Below, one piece after another: positions 63,447 to 64,000 of a stretch of DNA of 64,000 nucleotides. Under the pieces are notes generated by a model. That model was given only the letters and a program-made list of their open reading frames with translations. It did not search any database and was not told the origin of the DNA. Every line of letters begins with the position of its first letter. Position 1 is the stretch's first letter. The translations under genes were made by a program, and so were the position numbers. The stretch is from Alphaproteobacteria bacterium (GTDB lineage: Bacteria; Pseudomonadota; Alphaproteobacteria; UBA9219; RFNS01), in assembly GCA_037200005.1 (NCBI GenBank), contig JBBCGY010000001.1, positions 889,812-953,811 of the forward strand, given 5' to 3'.

Positions 63447-63983
63447 TCAGCCGCAGGAAATCCTTACGACAACGCCCCTGTCGTCAAGCTCGATATTGAT
63501 CCGCGCCGGAGAATAATCCTGCGTGACCGGCACGCCAGGCCCGATGATGCGATAGGGCCGTCCCGTTGCATGCGCTTCTCTTTCCGCAAAACCCGCGCTT
63601 GCGCCTACCCATTGGCTGAAATCGCATGGCGGAAGGTCTCCCGCGTAGGGCTGCTGATCCGGATAGTAAGGCTGCTGCTGTTGCGGAGGCGGATACGGCT
63701 GCTGCGCGGCCATATTCGATGGCGGCGCGGTGGGATAAGGCGGCGCAGGCGGCTGCCGTGATGCCGCGGGATAGGACGGTTGCTGCGCCGGATAAGGCTG
63801 GGGCGGCACCGGCTGTAGCTCGGTGGGATATGGCTGCTGCGATGGCGGATAGGGCTGCGGCGGCACATCGGGATAGCCTGAAGCGCTATTCCCCATCGGC
63901 GGCTCCAAAGCTGAGGCATCCGGATAGTCCTGCACCGGGAGAGGCTGCGGCGGCGCCAAGACTTCCGAATTGTCTTGCGCCAA
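63447..63983 (-). CDS. Proline-rich protein with C-terminal I78-family protease-inhibitor-like domain. The N-terminus may extend beyond the window.
   Basis: PQPYP repeats. C-terminal RIIGPGVPVTQDYSPARINIELDDRGVVVRISCG resembles the inhibitor_I78 fold. Confidence 0.5.
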   Translation of the reverse strand: MAQDNSEVLAPPQPLPVQDYPDASALEPPMGNSASGYPDVPPQPYPPSQQPYPTELQPVPPQPYPAQQPSYPAASRQPPAPPYPTAPPSNMAAQQPYPPPQQQQPYYPDQQPYAGDLPPCDFSQWVGASAGFAEREAHATGRPYRIIGPGVPVTQDYSPARINIELDDRGVVVRISCG

Positions 63984-64000
63984 GGCTGAACCGCCCGGCG

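Overview
This is a high-GC (roughly 60%) chromosomal segment whose gene order points to an alphaproteobacterium.

Contents in order:
- tRNA-Gly(GCC).
- A thioredoxin-TPR co-chaperone (YbbN/CnoX-like), a Lon-N domain protein, a Trm112-like protein, a PCu(A)C copper chaperone and a GST.
- A phasin.
- A SPOR-domain DD-carboxypeptidase.
- An 8.6-kb plus-strand operon of seven genes for a type IVb-pilus/T2SS-like machine: lipoprotein secretin, secreted periplasmic protein, GspE/PilB ATPase, GspF/PilC platform, GspL-like and GspM-like bitopic proteins, and a pilin-like protein lacking Glu5.
- The aa3 cytochrome c oxidase locus (coxB-coxA-ctaB-small ORF-ctaG-coxC-DUF983-surf1). It is interrupted by two lower-GC insertions: two convergent orphan genes, and an AT-rich gene for a ClpX-type zinc-finger protein.
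- thrC.
- An M16 peptidase gene truncated where it abuts a ~13-kb minus-strand polysaccharide island. The island carries a Wzc tyrosine autokinase, four AT3 acyltransferases (one with an SGNH domain), two Tat-exported GH10 glycanase paralogs, a low-GC DxD protein, an O-antigen-ligase-like protein and a PIG-L deacetylase. It ends at tRNA-Val(TAC).
- adk-secY and the contiguous spc-S10-str ribosomal protein cluster through tuf, fusA, rpsG and rpsL. The alpha-operon genes are absent after adk.
- YqgE/AlgH, a MsbA-like ABC exporter, a patatin phospholipase, a REC-only regulator, an SDR gene remnant, a KcsA-like K+ channel, a CBS protein, an SRPBCC protein, MsrB and a Pro-rich I78-inhibitor-like protein.

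At least seven genes carry single-base frameshifts, mostly in homopolymer or GC runs. Assembly indel errors are plausible, so pseudogene calls are tentative.
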